A stretch of DNA of 64,000 nt from Spirochaetota bacterium (GTDB lineage Bacteria > Spirochaetota > UBA4802 > UBA5550), in contig JAKLIV010000001.1 in assembly GCA_022709405.1 (NCBI GenBank), positions 49,952-113,951 of the forward strand. Direction: 5' to 3'. The translations under genes were made by a program, and so were the position numbers. Numbering within the stretch: position 1 is the first letter of the stretch; each line of letters opens with the position of its first letter. Shown here piece by piece: positions 46,276 to 56,622 of this stretch. Below the pieces are notes generated by a model, which had not been told where the DNA came from, did not search any database, and saw only the letters and a program-made list of their open reading frames with translations.

Positions 46276-46818
46276 TTAATTGTCGAGAATGAGCATCCTG
46301 AAAAGCTTGCTGGTGTAGTAATACACCTTGCATTTTGCCTTGCCGTCAGGCTGTTTAAGCATGTAAAAAAGCACGTTTGTGCCCGGGCTCTTGAACGAGT
46401 TGATGTAAAAGTTTTCCTCCTTCTGGATCGAGGGCTCGCCGTACTGCCGCTTGAGCTCGTTCATGATGCCGGCCTGCCGGTCCTCGTCGATCATGTTCCA
46501 GTCTTCGAGGGTGGTGCACAGCTTGCCTTTCACGAACAGGAAGTCTTTCTCGGGGATTCCCCTCTGCCTGAGGATGACGATTTCGCTGATGAGTTTTTCG
46601 TCGATGGCGGTGATGTATGACATTATTTTGTTCTTGTAGTCCGGATTGTCCCGGGGAGTGAATTCGATGAATTCGCCTTTGTCTGCCTGGGCTTTCTTGA
46701 AATCCGACATGGTCGTTCCCCAGGGGATTGCCCGGTTTTCCTGCGCGAGGGCCGCGGCTGCAAGAAAGAACAGCATGGCTGACGGCAGGAACATCATGAT
46801 CATGATCGTTTTCTTCAT
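46276..46818 (-). CDS. secreted hypothetical protein (180 aa)
   Basis: Signal peptide-like 'MKKTIMIMMFLPSAMLFFLAAAALAQE'. No motif recognised. Confidence 0.55.
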   Translation of the reverse strand: MKKTIMIMMFLPSAMLFFLAAAALAQENRAIPWGTTMSDFKKAQADKGEFIEFTPRDNPDYKNKIMSYITAIDEKLISEIVILRQRGIPEKDFLFVKGKLCTTLEDWNMIDEDRQAGIMNELKRQYGEPSIQKEENFYINSFKSPGTNVLFYMLKQPDGKAKCKVYYYTSKLFRMLILDN

Positions 46819-47061
46819 CGGGTTTTCAGTCGCCTCGTCGGTTTAGCCGGTATAACAGTTCTGCGCCGGGGCCGCGGCCCGTTTACGGCAGTTTATTTAT
46901 GTTCCGTGATCAGGTATTATTTGTCAAATCATTTCACGCTAAACGGTCCCGGCACTATTTTCACCGCGCCCGGTAATTCTATTTGAAAAAAAACAAGCCA
47001 TGTACTATGTTGTTTTCAGGCCCTCCCGGCGCGGTGATTATAATTTATTAAGGAGGATGTC

Positions 47062-47370
47062 ATGCGTATCGCGGGATTTGTACTGGCTCTCCTGGCGTTT
47101 ATACCTCTGGTTTCCGACGGCGCTGAAGCATCAAAATCCTTCAGCGGCCGCGTCATTTATTGCGATAACGCGGCTCTCGAGGTGAAAAAAGGCCCGAAGG
47201 AGATGCTTTTCGTGATCAACGAATCCACCAGGGTCGTTTCGAATAAAACCGACCGCACTGCGTCCGATCTGGACCTGTGCCAGCAGGTGACGGTGAAGTA
47301 CGCCGGCGGCAAGAAAGGCAGGGTCGCCCTTGAAGTGGATATTCTCCGCGAGAGCGACTGCAGGCCCTGA
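47062..47370 (+). CDS. small secreted hypothetical protein (102 aa)
   Basis: Signal-like 'MRIAGFVLALLAFIPLVSDGAEA'. Its stop overlaps the mpl ATG (TGATG). RBS AGGAGG. Confidence 0.5.
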   Translation: MRIAGFVLALLAFIPLVSDGAEASKSFSGRVIYCDNAALEVKKGPKEMLFVINESTRVVSNKTDRTASDLDLCQQVTVKYAGGKKGRVALEVDILRESDCRP

Positions 47371-48803
47371 TGAAAACCAGGGAAATCTATCTCATTGGCA
47401 TATGCGGCATCGCAATGGGCACGCTTGCGCAGATGTTCAGGGAGGCCGGCTACTCGGTGCGCGGGTCCGACAGCAACGTGTATCCTCCGATGAGCGACAT
47501 GCTCAGGAGCGCAGGCATCGAGATCTACAGCGGCTTTTCCGAGAAGCAGGTCGGCTCGCCCGACATGGTGGTCATCGGCAACGCCATAAGCAGGGGCAAC
47601 CCCGAGGTCGAGCATGTGCTGAATAAATCCATCCCATACACCTCGATGGCGGGCGCGCTGTACACCTATTTCCTGAGCGGAAAAGACGTGATCGCGGTCG
47701 CAGGGACCCACGGCAAGAGCACGACATCCGCGCTGCTCTCGCATATCCTGCTGTCCGCGGACATGGACCCGTCGTATTTCGTGGGCGGTGTGCTCAGGAA
47801 CTACAACACCAACTACCGGCTGGGCCGGGGCGGGCTTTTCGTGATCGAGGGCGACGAGTACGACTCGGCGTTCTTCGAAAAGGTCCCCAAGTTCGTGTTC
47901 TACCGTCCGAGGCACTGCGTGCTCACCTCGCTTGAGTTCGACCACGCCGACATCTACCGAGACCTGGCCGAGATCGAGCTCTGGTTCAAACGGCTGGTCA
48001 ACATGGTCCCGTCAGAGGGGCACATCGTGTATTCATCCGAATATGAGACGCTCGGGCGGGTCATGGAGAAGTCCCGATCGCACGGCGCGTCGTTCGGCCT
48101 TCACGGGGATTACCGCTGGTCCTTTTTGGGATACGAGGGAGATGAGGCCCTTGTGGAGCTTGCATACCCGGGCGGGTCTGTGGAGCTCAGGTCGGCGATA
48201 TTCGGCCCCTTCAACTACGAGAACATCGCCGCAGCCTCGGCCATGGCGCTCAGGCTCGGCGTTTCCCCCGATGATTTACGCAGGGGCGTGGCATCTTTCC
48301 AGGGCGTCAAGCGGCGCCAGGAGCTCATCTACTCCGCCGAAAATATCCGCATATACGAGGATTTCGCGCACCATCCCACGGCGATCGCCATGGTCCTCGA
48401 CACCATGAGGCACCGCTTTCCCGGGGCTGCGGTATGGGCGGTGTATGAGCCGCGGTCGGCGACGAGCAGGCGCAACGTCTTTCAGGACGAGCTGCCCTTG
48501 TCGTTTCTGAAGGCCGACCACGCGATCATCAAGACGCCCTTCAACCTCGACGCGATTCCGGCGTCCGAAAGGATCGACGCCGCGAAGGTGGCGGCCGACG
48601 TCAACAGCCGCGGCGGCGACGCGATCCTGTGCGCGACCGTGGATGAGATCATCGAGCGCATGTACGGATCGATGTCGGCGGACAGGGAAAACATCGTCAT
48701 ACTCATGTCCAACGGCGGCTTCGACGGTATATATGCAAGGCTTATCGGGCGTATCACCCCGTTGTTCGCGCCCGAAGTCTGCTGCGACAATTCGCCGAAT
48801 TGA
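47370..48803 (+). CDS. mpl: UDP-N-acetylmuramate:L-alanyl-gamma-D-glutamyl-meso-diaminopimelate ligase
   Basis: 'IYLIGICGIAMGTLAQMFREAGYSVRGSDSNVYPPMSDML' closely matches the Mpl N-terminus. Mur-ligase P-loop 'VAGTHGKSTT'. Confidence 0.85.
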   Translation: MKTREIYLIGICGIAMGTLAQMFREAGYSVRGSDSNVYPPMSDMLRSAGIEIYSGFSEKQVGSPDMVVIGNAISRGNPEVEHVLNKSIPYTSMAGALYTYFLSGKDVIAVAGTHGKSTTSALLSHILLSADMDPSYFVGGVLRNYNTNYRLGRGGLFVIEGDEYDSAFFEKVPKFVFYRPRHCVLTSLEFDHADIYRDLAEIELWFKRLVNMVPSEGHIVYSSEYETLGRVMEKSRSHGASFGLHGDYRWSFLGYEGDEALVELAYPGGSVELRSAIFGPFNYENIAAASAMALRLGVSPDDLRRGVASFQGVKRRQELIYSAENIRIYEDFAHHPTAIAMVLDTMRHRFPGAAVWAVYEPRSATSRRNVFQDELPLSFLKADHAIIKTPFNLDAIPASERIDAAKVAADVNSRGGDAILCATVDEIIERMYGSMSADRENIVILMSNGGFDGIYARLIGRITPLFAPEVCCDNSPN

Positions 48804-48894
48804 CGGCCGATTGCGGTCAGGCTACTGATTAGCCGCCCGGGCCCGGTGCGAAAAATCCGGTAACAATGATTGAGCGAGGAGAGTCTTAACATCC

Positions 48895-50202
48895 ATGAAA
48901 AAAATATTTACTATACTCCTGATTATTACCGCTTCGCTCGCCGCGGCGCAAAAACCTGAACCGGCCCGGTATGGCGTGGTAAAGCTCCAGGGCATGGTGA
49001 ACCCGATCATGGGCGAATTCATCGTCGACTCGATCAAAAAGGCCGGGGAGGAGAAGCTCGCGTTCATGGTCATCCAGCTCGATACTCCGGGCGGGCTCAT
49101 GGAGCCGATGCGCGACATCATCAAGGCGATCATGACGTCGACCGTCCCTGTGATCGTGTACACGTATCCCAAGGGCGCGCAGGCCGCATCTGCCGGCGGA
49201 TTCATCATGCTGTCGGCCCACATAGCAGCCATGGCCCCGGGCACCGAGATCGGCGCCATGCATCCGGTGAGCCCGATGCTCGACTTCATGCAGAAAGACG
49301 AGAAGGGCGATCCCGACGGGGTCATGGAGAAGAAGGTCCTCAACGACACGGTGGCCTACGCCAAGAGCCTGGCGGAAAAACGCGGGCGCAACACCACCTG
49401 GACCGTCAATGCGGTGAAAAAGGCGATTTCGAGCACATACTCCGAGGCGTTGAAGCTCGGCGTGATCGACATCGTCGCCGAGGACATGGACGATCTTGTC
49501 AGGCAGATCGACAGACGCACGGTCAATATAAACGGCGCCAATGTAACCGTCTCTTCATCCGGAAAGGCCCCGCATGAGTACCTGATGGACTGGAAGCAGA
49601 AGCTGCTCAACCATCTGGCTGATCCGCAGATCGTGTTCATCCTTTTCATCCTGGCGGTCGCCGGTATCGGCATGGAATTCAAGAACCCGGGAATGATCGT
49701 TCCGGGCGTGCTCGGCGCCATATCCCTGTTTCTTTTTCTCATGGCAGTGAGGATCATTCCCATCAACATCATGGGCCTCATACTGATTATCCTGGGCATC
49801 ACGCTTTTCATCCTCGAACTGACCGTGACGAGCTACGGGCTTCTGACGATCGGCGGCATCATAGCCTTTGTCATCGGTTCAATGATTCTCGTGGATTCGC
49901 CCCTGCCGGGAGGCGGCATTCCGCTATCGACGATCGGCGGTTCGATACTGTTCATACTGGGCTTCGTGTTCATCGTGATCAGGGCGGTGCTGAACGCCCA
50001 CCGGGCCCGGGTAACGACCGGGAGTGACGGCATGATCGGCGAGGCCGGCCGCGCCATAATTGATTTTTCGAAAGATGGAAAGGTGATGGTGCACGGCGAG
50101 ATCTGGAACGCGGCCTCCGACGAGGAGATCAAAAAAGGCGACAGGATAACCGTCACCGGAATGAGCGGAATGTCTCTTCAGGTGAAAAAACTCCCTGATT
50201 GA
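48895..50202 (+). CDS. NfeD-family membrane-bound ClpP-class serine protease
   Basis: Signal peptide, ClpP-like '[28 protein letters not shown]', several TM segments, and a C-terminal NfeD OB-fold '[25 protein letters not shown]'. Sits upstream of a stomatin gene. Confidence 0.8.
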   Translation: MKKIFTILLIITASLAAAQKPEPARYGVVKLQGMVNPIMGEFIVDSIKKAGEEKLAFMVIQLDTPGGLMEPMRDIIKAIMTSTVPVIVYTYPKGAQAASAGGFIMLSAHIAAMAPGTEIGAMHPVSPMLDFMQKDEKGDPDGVMEKKVLNDTVAYAKSLAEKRGRNTTWTVNAVKKAISSTYSEALKLGVIDIVAEDMDDLVRQIDRRTVNINGANVTVSSSGKAPHEYLMDWKQKLLNHLADPQIVFILFILAVAGIGMEFKNPGMIVPGVLGAISLFLFLMAVRIIPINIMGLILIILGITLFILELTVTSYGLLTIGGIIAFVIGSMILVDSPLPGGGIPLSTIGGSILFILGFVFIVIRAVLNAHRARVTTGSDGMIGEAGRAIIDFSKDGKVMVHGEIWNAASDEEIKKGDRITVTGMSGMSLQVKKLPD

Positions 50203-50306
50203 CAGTTCCTGTTTTTTTTGCGATTCGTTGCGTCTCGTGGAGCGGCGTTTGCGTTACCCGGACGCGGTTTGTAATATTATCAAAAAAAGGTACTGGAGGA
50301 AAATTT

Positions 50307-51065
50307 ATGGGAATATTCGATATCGGTTCAGCGTTTTCCATTATAATATTTGGATTACTGCTGCTTATTTCTTCTATTAAAATCATCAAGGAGTACGAAC
50401 GTGCGGTCGTGTTTCGCCTCGGGCGCCTGCTCAAGAAATCGAAGGGGCCGGGAATCATCATCATAATCCCCTTTATCGACAAGTGGGTGAGGGTGAACCT
50501 CAGGCTCATCGCCATGGATGTGCCGCCGCAGGACGTCATCACCAAGGACAACGTTTCGGTCAAGGTCAACGCGGTCGTCTATTTCAGGGTAATCGACCCC
50601 AATAAGGCAATAACTGAAGTCGACGATTATCTCTACGCCACCTCTCAGCTTTCGCAGACAACACTTCGGAGCATTCTCGGCATGGTCGAGCTTGACGATC
50701 TCCTGAGCAATCGTGAGCACATAAACCAGGAGTTGCAGAGCGTACTTGATACCCAGACCGACCCGTGGGGAATCAAGGTCTCGGCTGTCGAGGTCAAGCA
50801 CGTTGACCTTCCCCAGGAGATGCAGCGGGCGATGGCCAAGCAGGCTGAGGCGGAGCGCGAGCGAAGGGCCAAGGTCATCAGCGCCGAGGGTGAGTTCCAG
50901 GCAGCGGCGAAGATGGTCGAAGCAGCAAGCCTCATGGAAGTGCATCCCATAGCGCTGCAGCTTCGGTATCTTCAGACGCTCAAGGAAGTGGCGGCCGAAA
51001 ACAATTCGACCACGCTTTTTCCGGTCCCGATCGACCTGTTCGATGTATTCAAGCCGAAAAAATAA
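50307..51065 (+). CDS. SPFH/band 7 stomatin-like protein
   Basis: '[18 protein letters not shown]...[13 protein letters not shown]...[13 protein letters not shown]' is a classic stomatin/slipin sequence. The ATG at 50307 follows GGAGGA; the ORF-track start at 50199 was rejected. Confidence 0.85.
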   Translation: MGIFDIGSAFSIIIFGLLLLISSIKIIKEYERAVVFRLGRLLKKSKGPGIIIIIPFIDKWVRVNLRLIAMDVPPQDVITKDNVSVKVNAVVYFRVIDPNKAITEVDDYLYATSQLSQTTLRSILGMVELDDLLSNREHINQELQSVLDTQTDPWGIKVSAVEVKHVDLPQEMQRAMAKQAEAERERRAKVISAEGEFQAAAKMVEAASLMEVHPIALQLRYLQTLKEVAAENNSTTLFPVPIDLFDVFKPKK

Positions 51066-51106
51066 CGAACAGCACCGCATGTGTAAATGAATAAACGGCG
51101 GTACGG

Positions 51107-52594
51107 ATGATGAAGGCCCGAAAAAGGCGCCCGGCCGGTAAGGTTGCAGGACCGGCCGAGGCGTCCGTGCTGAAGTTTTCGGCCGGCGGGGTCAGAGCAC
51201 CGTTAAAAAGCTCTGCAGCCCCTGATGTCGATGCGGCCGGGTCCGTTGAAACACTTGCGCGCAGGATTTCTCAGGCTGTCAGTATCCCAACAGTATCATA
51301 TGCCGATTATTCCCGCATCGACCTGAAACAGCACCGCAGTTTCCATGCTTTTCTCAGGCAGGCCTTCCCACTGGTGCATAAAAACCTGGAATTTCGCAAG
51401 ATCAACGACTACGCACTCCTGTATTTCTGGAAGGGGTCAGAGCAATCCCTGAAACCCTGTCTTCTGGCCGCGCATTTCGATGTTGTTCCGGCTGAAGATT
51501 CCGGTGATAACAAATGGATCCATCCCCCGTTTGCCGGGCATATCGACGGGGGATATGTGTGGGGCAGGGGAACCCTTGACATCAAGATGAGCCTGGTTGC
51601 GATCATGCACGCGGCTGAGTCGCTCCTGGCCGAGGGTTTCAGGCCCGCACGGGGCGTATACTTTGCGTTCGGCGGAGACGAGGAGATTGACGGCAAAAAA
51701 GGCGCTCGCAGCATTGCTTCGTTTCTGGCTGAACAGGGCGTGGAACTCGAGTATGTGCTTGATGAAGGCACGGTTATTGCCAGCGGGATGTATCCCGGAA
51801 TTGAAGAGCCGATGGCTCTGGTCAGCATCGCCGAAAAGGGCCATTGCAATGTCAGCCTGATTGTTTCGGCAGGAGGAGGGCATTCCTCGCTCCCGCATAA
51901 AGAAAATGCCGTAGGTATCCTCTGTAAAGCTGTAACGAGACTCGATTCCCGGCCATTCCCGGCGCGGCTCACCGACCCGGTAAGGCTATTCCTGAAAGGA
52001 ATCTCCCGTCATTCCTCTTTCCCTGAACGGGTGGTGCTGTCTCGACCCGGGCTTTTCTGGCCGATTCTGAAAATCGTATTCTCCCGGAATTCAAATACAA
52101 ACGCCATGATCAGGACATCAGCCGCGGTGACCATGATCAGCGGAAGCGAGAAAGAAAACGTGCTCCCGGTTGCAGCGCAGGCCAATATCAATGTGCGCAT
52201 TCTTCCCGGTGAGAGTATTCGCTCGGTACTCGACAGAATTGAGAAGGTTATTGACGATTCAAGGGTCGCCGTGAGGCCGAATCCGGATTGGCTTCCGAAT
52301 GAACCGGTGGGTTGCTCTGACCCCCTGTCTTACGGATATTCGGCGATTTCTCAGGCTATAAAAAGAATAGTCCCGGAAGCGTTGATCCTGCCTTTTCTTT
52401 TAAGCGGTTCAACCGATTCAAAACATTATACCGCTCTGACCCCGTATATTTATCGTTTTTCTCCTGTGGTTTTAAATGAAGATGAATTGAAGGGAATTCA
52501 TGGCGTCAATGAAAGGATCTCCATGGATAATATTCGCCGCTGCGCCGATTTTTATATCACCATTATCCGTATTACCTCTGAAAAAGCCTTATAG
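51107..52594 (+). CDS. M20-family metallopeptidase
   Basis: 'LLAAHFDVVPA', 'GRGTLDIKMSLVAIM', 'FGGDEEIDGKKGA', and 'IHGVNERIS' are typical M20/M25/M40 motifs. Confidence 0.75.
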   Translation: MMKARKRRPAGKVAGPAEASVLKFSAGGVRAPLKSSAAPDVDAAGSVETLARRISQAVSIPTVSYADYSRIDLKQHRSFHAFLRQAFPLVHKNLEFRKINDYALLYFWKGSEQSLKPCLLAAHFDVVPAEDSGDNKWIHPPFAGHIDGGYVWGRGTLDIKMSLVAIMHAAESLLAEGFRPARGVYFAFGGDEEIDGKKGARSIASFLAEQGVELEYVLDEGTVIASGMYPGIEEPMALVSIAEKGHCNVSLIVSAGGGHSSLPHKENAVGILCKAVTRLDSRPFPARLTDPVRLFLKGISRHSSFPERVVLSRPGLFWPILKIVFSRNSNTNAMIRTSAAVTMISGSEKENVLPVAAQANINVRILPGESIRSVLDRIEKVIDDSRVAVRPNPDWLPNEPVGCSDPLSYGYSAISQAIKRIVPEALILPFLLSGSTDSKHYTALTPYIYRFSPVVLNEDELKGIHGVNERISMDNIRRCADFYITIIRITSEKAL

Positions 52595-52711
52595 CTGACC
52601 TGAAAATAAAATTAATCGAAAAAATACTAATCCGTTCATGTCCTTTTTCCCGAAAATGAAGTGAGACTTTCTAATGAGGCTCGATGAGAAAACTTACCCA
52701 GGAGTAGTATT

Positions 52712-53224
52712 ATGCAGGAATTATTGAATGAAGCCATTATTCCCATGCTCAATGATGGACTTATCAGCATGAGGAGGGTCAGTGATCTCATCTCCATCAA
52801 GGAATTCATTGACAGGGTATCCACCAAAAAATACATCGAAGATAAAGATGCCGATCAGTTATTTCAGCGTTATGGGGTCTTGCCGAGCGTCATTACCTGG
52901 GGAGATTACTTCCAGACAGATCTGGCCTCTTCACTGCTTGTTATTCCGGACGAAGAATTCGAAACCGTTCTGGATACGGTTCGATTTGATATTATGTCCA
53001 GTCAGTCGATTTTTTCCGGTAAAGGAAAGGATTTTTTCTCATGGGTAGAAGACACTCATGTAAAGATCATGATCCAGGAAAAATCAGAATATACTGAGGA
53101 GGAGGAAGAAATACTCCATCTGAAGATTCTTATGGATTATTATCTCAATCTTGGTATTGTAGACAGATTTACCGAGAGTGAATTGCTCTGGTATTCTTCA
53201 TACGATGAAGCTAAGGCTGTATAG
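52712..53224 (+). CDS. hypothetical protein (170 aa)
   Basis: ORF with AGGAG RBS; no motif recognised. Confidence 0.4.
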   Translation: MQELLNEAIIPMLNDGLISMRRVSDLISIKEFIDRVSTKKYIEDKDADQLFQRYGVLPSVITWGDYFQTDLASSLLVIPDEEFETVLDTVRFDIMSSQSIFSGKGKDFFSWVEDTHVKIMIQEKSEYTEEEEEILHLKILMDYYLNLGIVDRFTESELLWYSSYDEAKAV

Positions 53225-53230
53225 TTCGTT

Positions 53231-53299
53231 ACTCTGACCCCACTGAACTGTTTTACTTAAACTGCTCTGCCCCAGAGAAAATTTTGCTCTGACCCCCAC
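53231..53299 (+). repeat. three direct copies of a CTCTG(A/C)CCC(C) motif upstream of the Y1 transposase gene
   Basis: ACTCTGACCCCAC at 53231..53243, GCTCTGCCCCA at 53264..53274, GCTCTGACCCCCAC at 53286..53299. Confidence 0.6.
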
Positions 53300-53364
53300 A
53301 TATTTTTGAAAAAATTTTCAATTTTATCCCCTCCCAATCGTATATTAAGCATCTGGCAAAGATT

Positions 53365-53955
53365 ATGGCAAGAAAACACAGAATATGTGCTCCGGGATTG
53401 ACCTATCACGCCATGTCCCGGTGTATCGAAAATAGTGAGAAAATGAAAAGCGATAAAGTAAAAAACATTATTGTGGAGGTAATAAATATGGCTCTTGATA
53501 AATATTCCTTTGAATTTATCAATTATAGTATTCTAAATAACCACTTTCATTTCACCATCCGAACTGTTGAACGCGGAGAAACAATTTCGAGAATCATGCA
53601 ATATATTAAATCGCTTATTGCCCGTAAGTATAACAAGATGATGAACCGTATCGGACCGCTCTGGAACGAACGCTTTAAGGACAGAATTGTTGAACATTCA
53701 GATAATCCACCGAAAAGCCTGTTTACGCTTATATGGTATCAGGCATTTAATGCTGTCAGAAAAGGCCATGTTTTAGATCCCAGGCACTATCGATACAGCA
53801 GTATAAACGCATATTTAGATGAGAATTATCAATCACCTATTAAAATAACACTACATCCGTATTTCATGGCTTTGGGTAATTCTTTTACTGAACGAGTAAA
53901 GAAATTTTTGGTTTATGAAGAGATGTATAGAAAGAGAATAGATTTAATAATGTAA
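53365..53955 (+). CDS. IS200/IS605-like Y1 (HUH) transposase, RAYT-like
   Basis: 'MARKHRICAPGLTYHAMSRC' N-terminus, HUH motif 'NHFHFTI', and a C-terminal Tyr context 'PRHYRYSS'. Confidence 0.7.
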   Translation: MARKHRICAPGLTYHAMSRCIENSEKMKSDKVKNIIVEVINMALDKYSFEFINYSILNNHFHFTIRTVERGETISRIMQYIKSLIARKYNKMMNRIGPLWNERFKDRIVEHSDNPPKSLFTLIWYQAFNAVRKGHVLDPRHYRYSSINAYLDENYQSPIKITLHPYFMALGNSFTERVKKFLVYEEMYRKRIDLIM

Positions 53956-54134
53956 TATGCATTTAGTTTAATCTGTAATTAGTATAAAATTCCCTTCTAA
54001 AGCATCCTTTATCTTCGAAGATTCCTTGTTTGAGCATGAATCTATAATATAACTTCAATGAAATTTTAAGTCTCAAGCATCTATGCCTGAAAATGCTAAT
54101 AATTGAAGTATAATCTTCTGTGATTGTAAGACAT

Positions 54135-54151
54135 ACTCTGACCCCCTGACC
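54135..54151 (+). repeat. fourth copy of the CTCTGACCCC motif, downstream of the Y1 transposase gene
   Basis: ACTCTGACCCCCTGACC at 54135..54151, in the same orientation as the upstream copies. Confidence 0.55.
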
Positions 54152-54360
54152 TTGCCCCATACGGTACAGCATAATACTACCATATATCTTTTCCCGTTTA
54201 AAATTCCTGAAAAAACCGAATTCTGATCTGAAACAGATTAATCAGAAATTGCAGAGATTAATACTCGCGTTCATGTTTATATATATACTAAATACAGTCC
54301 AATTGGACGGTCTGCCTGTTGTAATTATGGTCTTGACTGTCCTTTACAAAGGGGGCCCTT

Positions 54361-56622
54361 ATGAAGATTAAAACCATGTTTTTCTATAAACATTCGGTTG
54401 TTGTACTGCTCCTGTTTTGTTTGATTGTTATTTCGGGAATAAACGCATGTGACAGCACCGATTATGAGGGCCAAACACTGGCGGTCGATAACGGTTTCCT
54501 CGACGATGAAGTCGTTGTGATGAATTCTAATCTGGAGTCGGCTTCCGGGGACATTTACCTGGTCGGAGCCGGAATCTATGATATCACCGGACCGGCGGCC
54601 GAAATTGGTATGGGCGGTTTTGCAGCCGATAACCAGAAAACTGCCGGCATCAGCCTGCGTCTCCGTTCACGAGCATTCGTTGTCGGCGACGGCAACAAAA
54701 GGGTAGTGTTCGTGAGCGCCGATCTCTGGGCCATGAGCCAGATGGTTGTTCTCCATGTCGGTAAAAGAATCGCGGCAGACCCGGTGCTCAGCAAATACTA
54801 CAGCCTGAAAAACATATGCATAAGCGCGACCCATACGCACAATTCGCACGCCGGATTCGACGGTTACTTCCTTTACGATGTTCCTCCCAAGGGCTTTATC
54901 CGTGACTGCTTCAACGTCGTGGTTGACGGGATATTCAATTCAATCCTGCTCGCACACAACAATCTCGAACCCGGAAAAATTCTTGTGAACCGGGGCGCTC
55001 TCGACAAGTGCGGATGGAACAGGTCTCCGGCAATGTACGAGAACAACCCCTCATGGGAGAAGGCATTGTATAATTCAAACACCGACAAGACCATGACGCT
55101 TCTCAAGCTCGTCAATCTGGAGGGCGACGGGATCGGCATGATCAATTGGTTCGCGGTGCATCCGGATTCCATCGGCCCGGAAAACCTGATGCTGAGCGGC
55201 GACAACAAGGGCCACGCTTCATATATGTTCGAAAAAGATATGGGCACGGATTACCAGTCCACCAAAACGTTCGTGGCCGCATTCGCGCAGACCAATGCGG
55301 GAGACGTTACCCCGAACGTGCCGTTCACCGAGCATTTCGGTACGGTCGAGTCCGCGATGGAAGCGGCCGATATCGATAGCGAGACGGCGGTTGAACTCGG
55401 GTTCCCTTGGTACCAGGCGCTCGGCGAGGCCGACATTCAGAAGAACATCGCGCTCAGAGTGATAGCCACAAGGCAATATTCGAAAGCAAGGGATCTGTAT
55501 GATTCGGCCGCCGAAGAACTGAAGGGATCGGTCGACTTCCGTCATGAATGGGTCGACATGAGGGATCTCTATGTCGAGGAGGTCGACGCCGAAACATGCC
55601 CCGGAGGCATGGGCGCATCATACTCGTACGGAAGCCCGGCGGACAATCCCTCTCCCTATCCGCTTTTTGACGAGGGAGTCACCACCGACAGTATCGACTG
55701 GAGCGAGGATTTCGAAACCGCTTTCCTGAGCACGTTCCTGCCGTGGGCGATCGGCCTCGTGTATCCGGCATCCATGACCGATGAATACAGGGATTGTCAT
55801 AAACCCAAACCGGTCATTCTCGCTACGGGTCTCATGAGCCTCAATCTCGCGAAATGGATACCGCTCACGCCGCAGATAGTCCCTCTGCAGGTCATGAAAA
55901 TCGGCGGCATGGCCATCGGCGCCATCCCCACTGAGGTGACGACCATGGCAGGACGCAGGATTAAAAACACGCTAATAGACGGATTGGAAGACAGCGGGGT
56001 CAAATACTCCGTCGTGGCCGCACTGTCAAATACCTATGCTTCGTACATGGCGACAAAAGAGGAGTACCAGCTTCAGGGATATGAGGGCGGCGGGACGTTT
56101 TTCGGCCCCAATCAGCTGCTCGCCTTCCAGCAGGAGCTGACGAAAATGTGTGATGCCATTGCGGCTGATATTGAAATCGACGACGGAACGGCTCCGGCGG
56201 ACGTTACGTCGTACACGGTGGATCTCAATTCCAAGGTCTGTTTCGACGATAAACCGGCCTCGGTGAGTTTCGGCAGCGTACAGACCCAGCCTGCTGATTC
56301 ATATGCCAGGGGCGACGTCGCGAGTGCCGTTTTCTGGGGAGGGCATCCGCGCAACAATCTCATGACCCAGAAGACCTATCTCGAGATAATCAAGGTGAAT
56401 TCCGACGGTACGGGAACGGTGGTCGCCAGGGACTGGGACCCGGAGACGAAGTATAAATGGGCCAGATCGGGCGTCGCGTATTCAAAAATCACCATAGAGT
56501 GGAATACGACAAACGCAGAGCCGGGGACCTATCAGATCAAGCATTACGGTCACTGGAAATCCGGCTGGACCGGAAAGATCAAGGCCTATTCAGGCATAAC
56601 CAAGACATTTACCGTTAAATAG
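54361..56622 (+). CDS. neutral/alkaline ceramidase family protein (secreted)
   Basis: Signal/TM 'VVVLLLFCLIVISGINAC'. 'YLVGAGIYDITGPAAEIGMGGFA' and 'SATHTHNSHAG' match neutral ceramidase N-terminal motifs. Confidence 0.7.
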   Translation: MKIKTMFFYKHSVVVLLLFCLIVISGINACDSTDYEGQTLAVDNGFLDDEVVVMNSNLESASGDIYLVGAGIYDITGPAAEIGMGGFAADNQKTAGISLRLRSRAFVVGDGNKRVVFVSADLWAMSQMVVLHVGKRIAADPVLSKYYSLKNICISATHTHNSHAGFDGYFLYDVPPKGFIRDCFNVVVDGIFNSILLAHNNLEPGKILVNRGALDKCGWNRSPAMYENNPSWEKALYNSNTDKTMTLLKLVNLEGDGIGMINWFAVHPDSIGPENLMLSGDNKGHASYMFEKDMGTDYQSTKTFVAAFAQTNAGDVTPNVPFTEHFGTVESAMEAADIDSETAVELGFPWYQALGEADIQKNIALRVIATRQYSKARDLYDSAAEELKGSVDFRHEWVDMRDLYVEEVDAETCPGGMGASYSYGSPADNPSPYPLFDEGVTTDSIDWSEDFETAFLSTFLPWAIGLVYPASMTDEYRDCHKPKPVILATGLMSLNLAKWIPLTPQIVPLQVMKIGGMAIGAIPTEVTTMAGRRIKNTLIDGLEDSGVKYSVVAALSNTYASYMATKEEYQLQGYEGGGTFFGPNQLLAFQQELTKMCDAIAADIEIDDGTAPADVTSYTVDLNSKVCFDDKPASVSFGSVQTQPADSYARGDVASAVFWGGHPRNNLMTQKTYLEIIKVNSDGTGTVVARDWDPETKYKWARSGVAYSKITIEWNTTNAEPGTYQIKHYGHWKSGWTGKIKAYSGITKTFTVK

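Noticed and set aside
47157-47945. 262-aa - strand ORF
   Set aside because: Antisense to mpl in GC-rich DNA. It has an Arg/His/Val-rich low-complexity translation typical of shadow ORFs.
50199-50306. ORF-track start of the stomatin gene
   Set aside because: It overlaps the NfeD stop region and lacks an RBS. The ATG at 50307 follows GGAGGA and matches the usual stomatin N-terminus.
50355-51080. 241-aa - strand ORF
   Set aside because: Antisense shadow of the stomatin-like gene.
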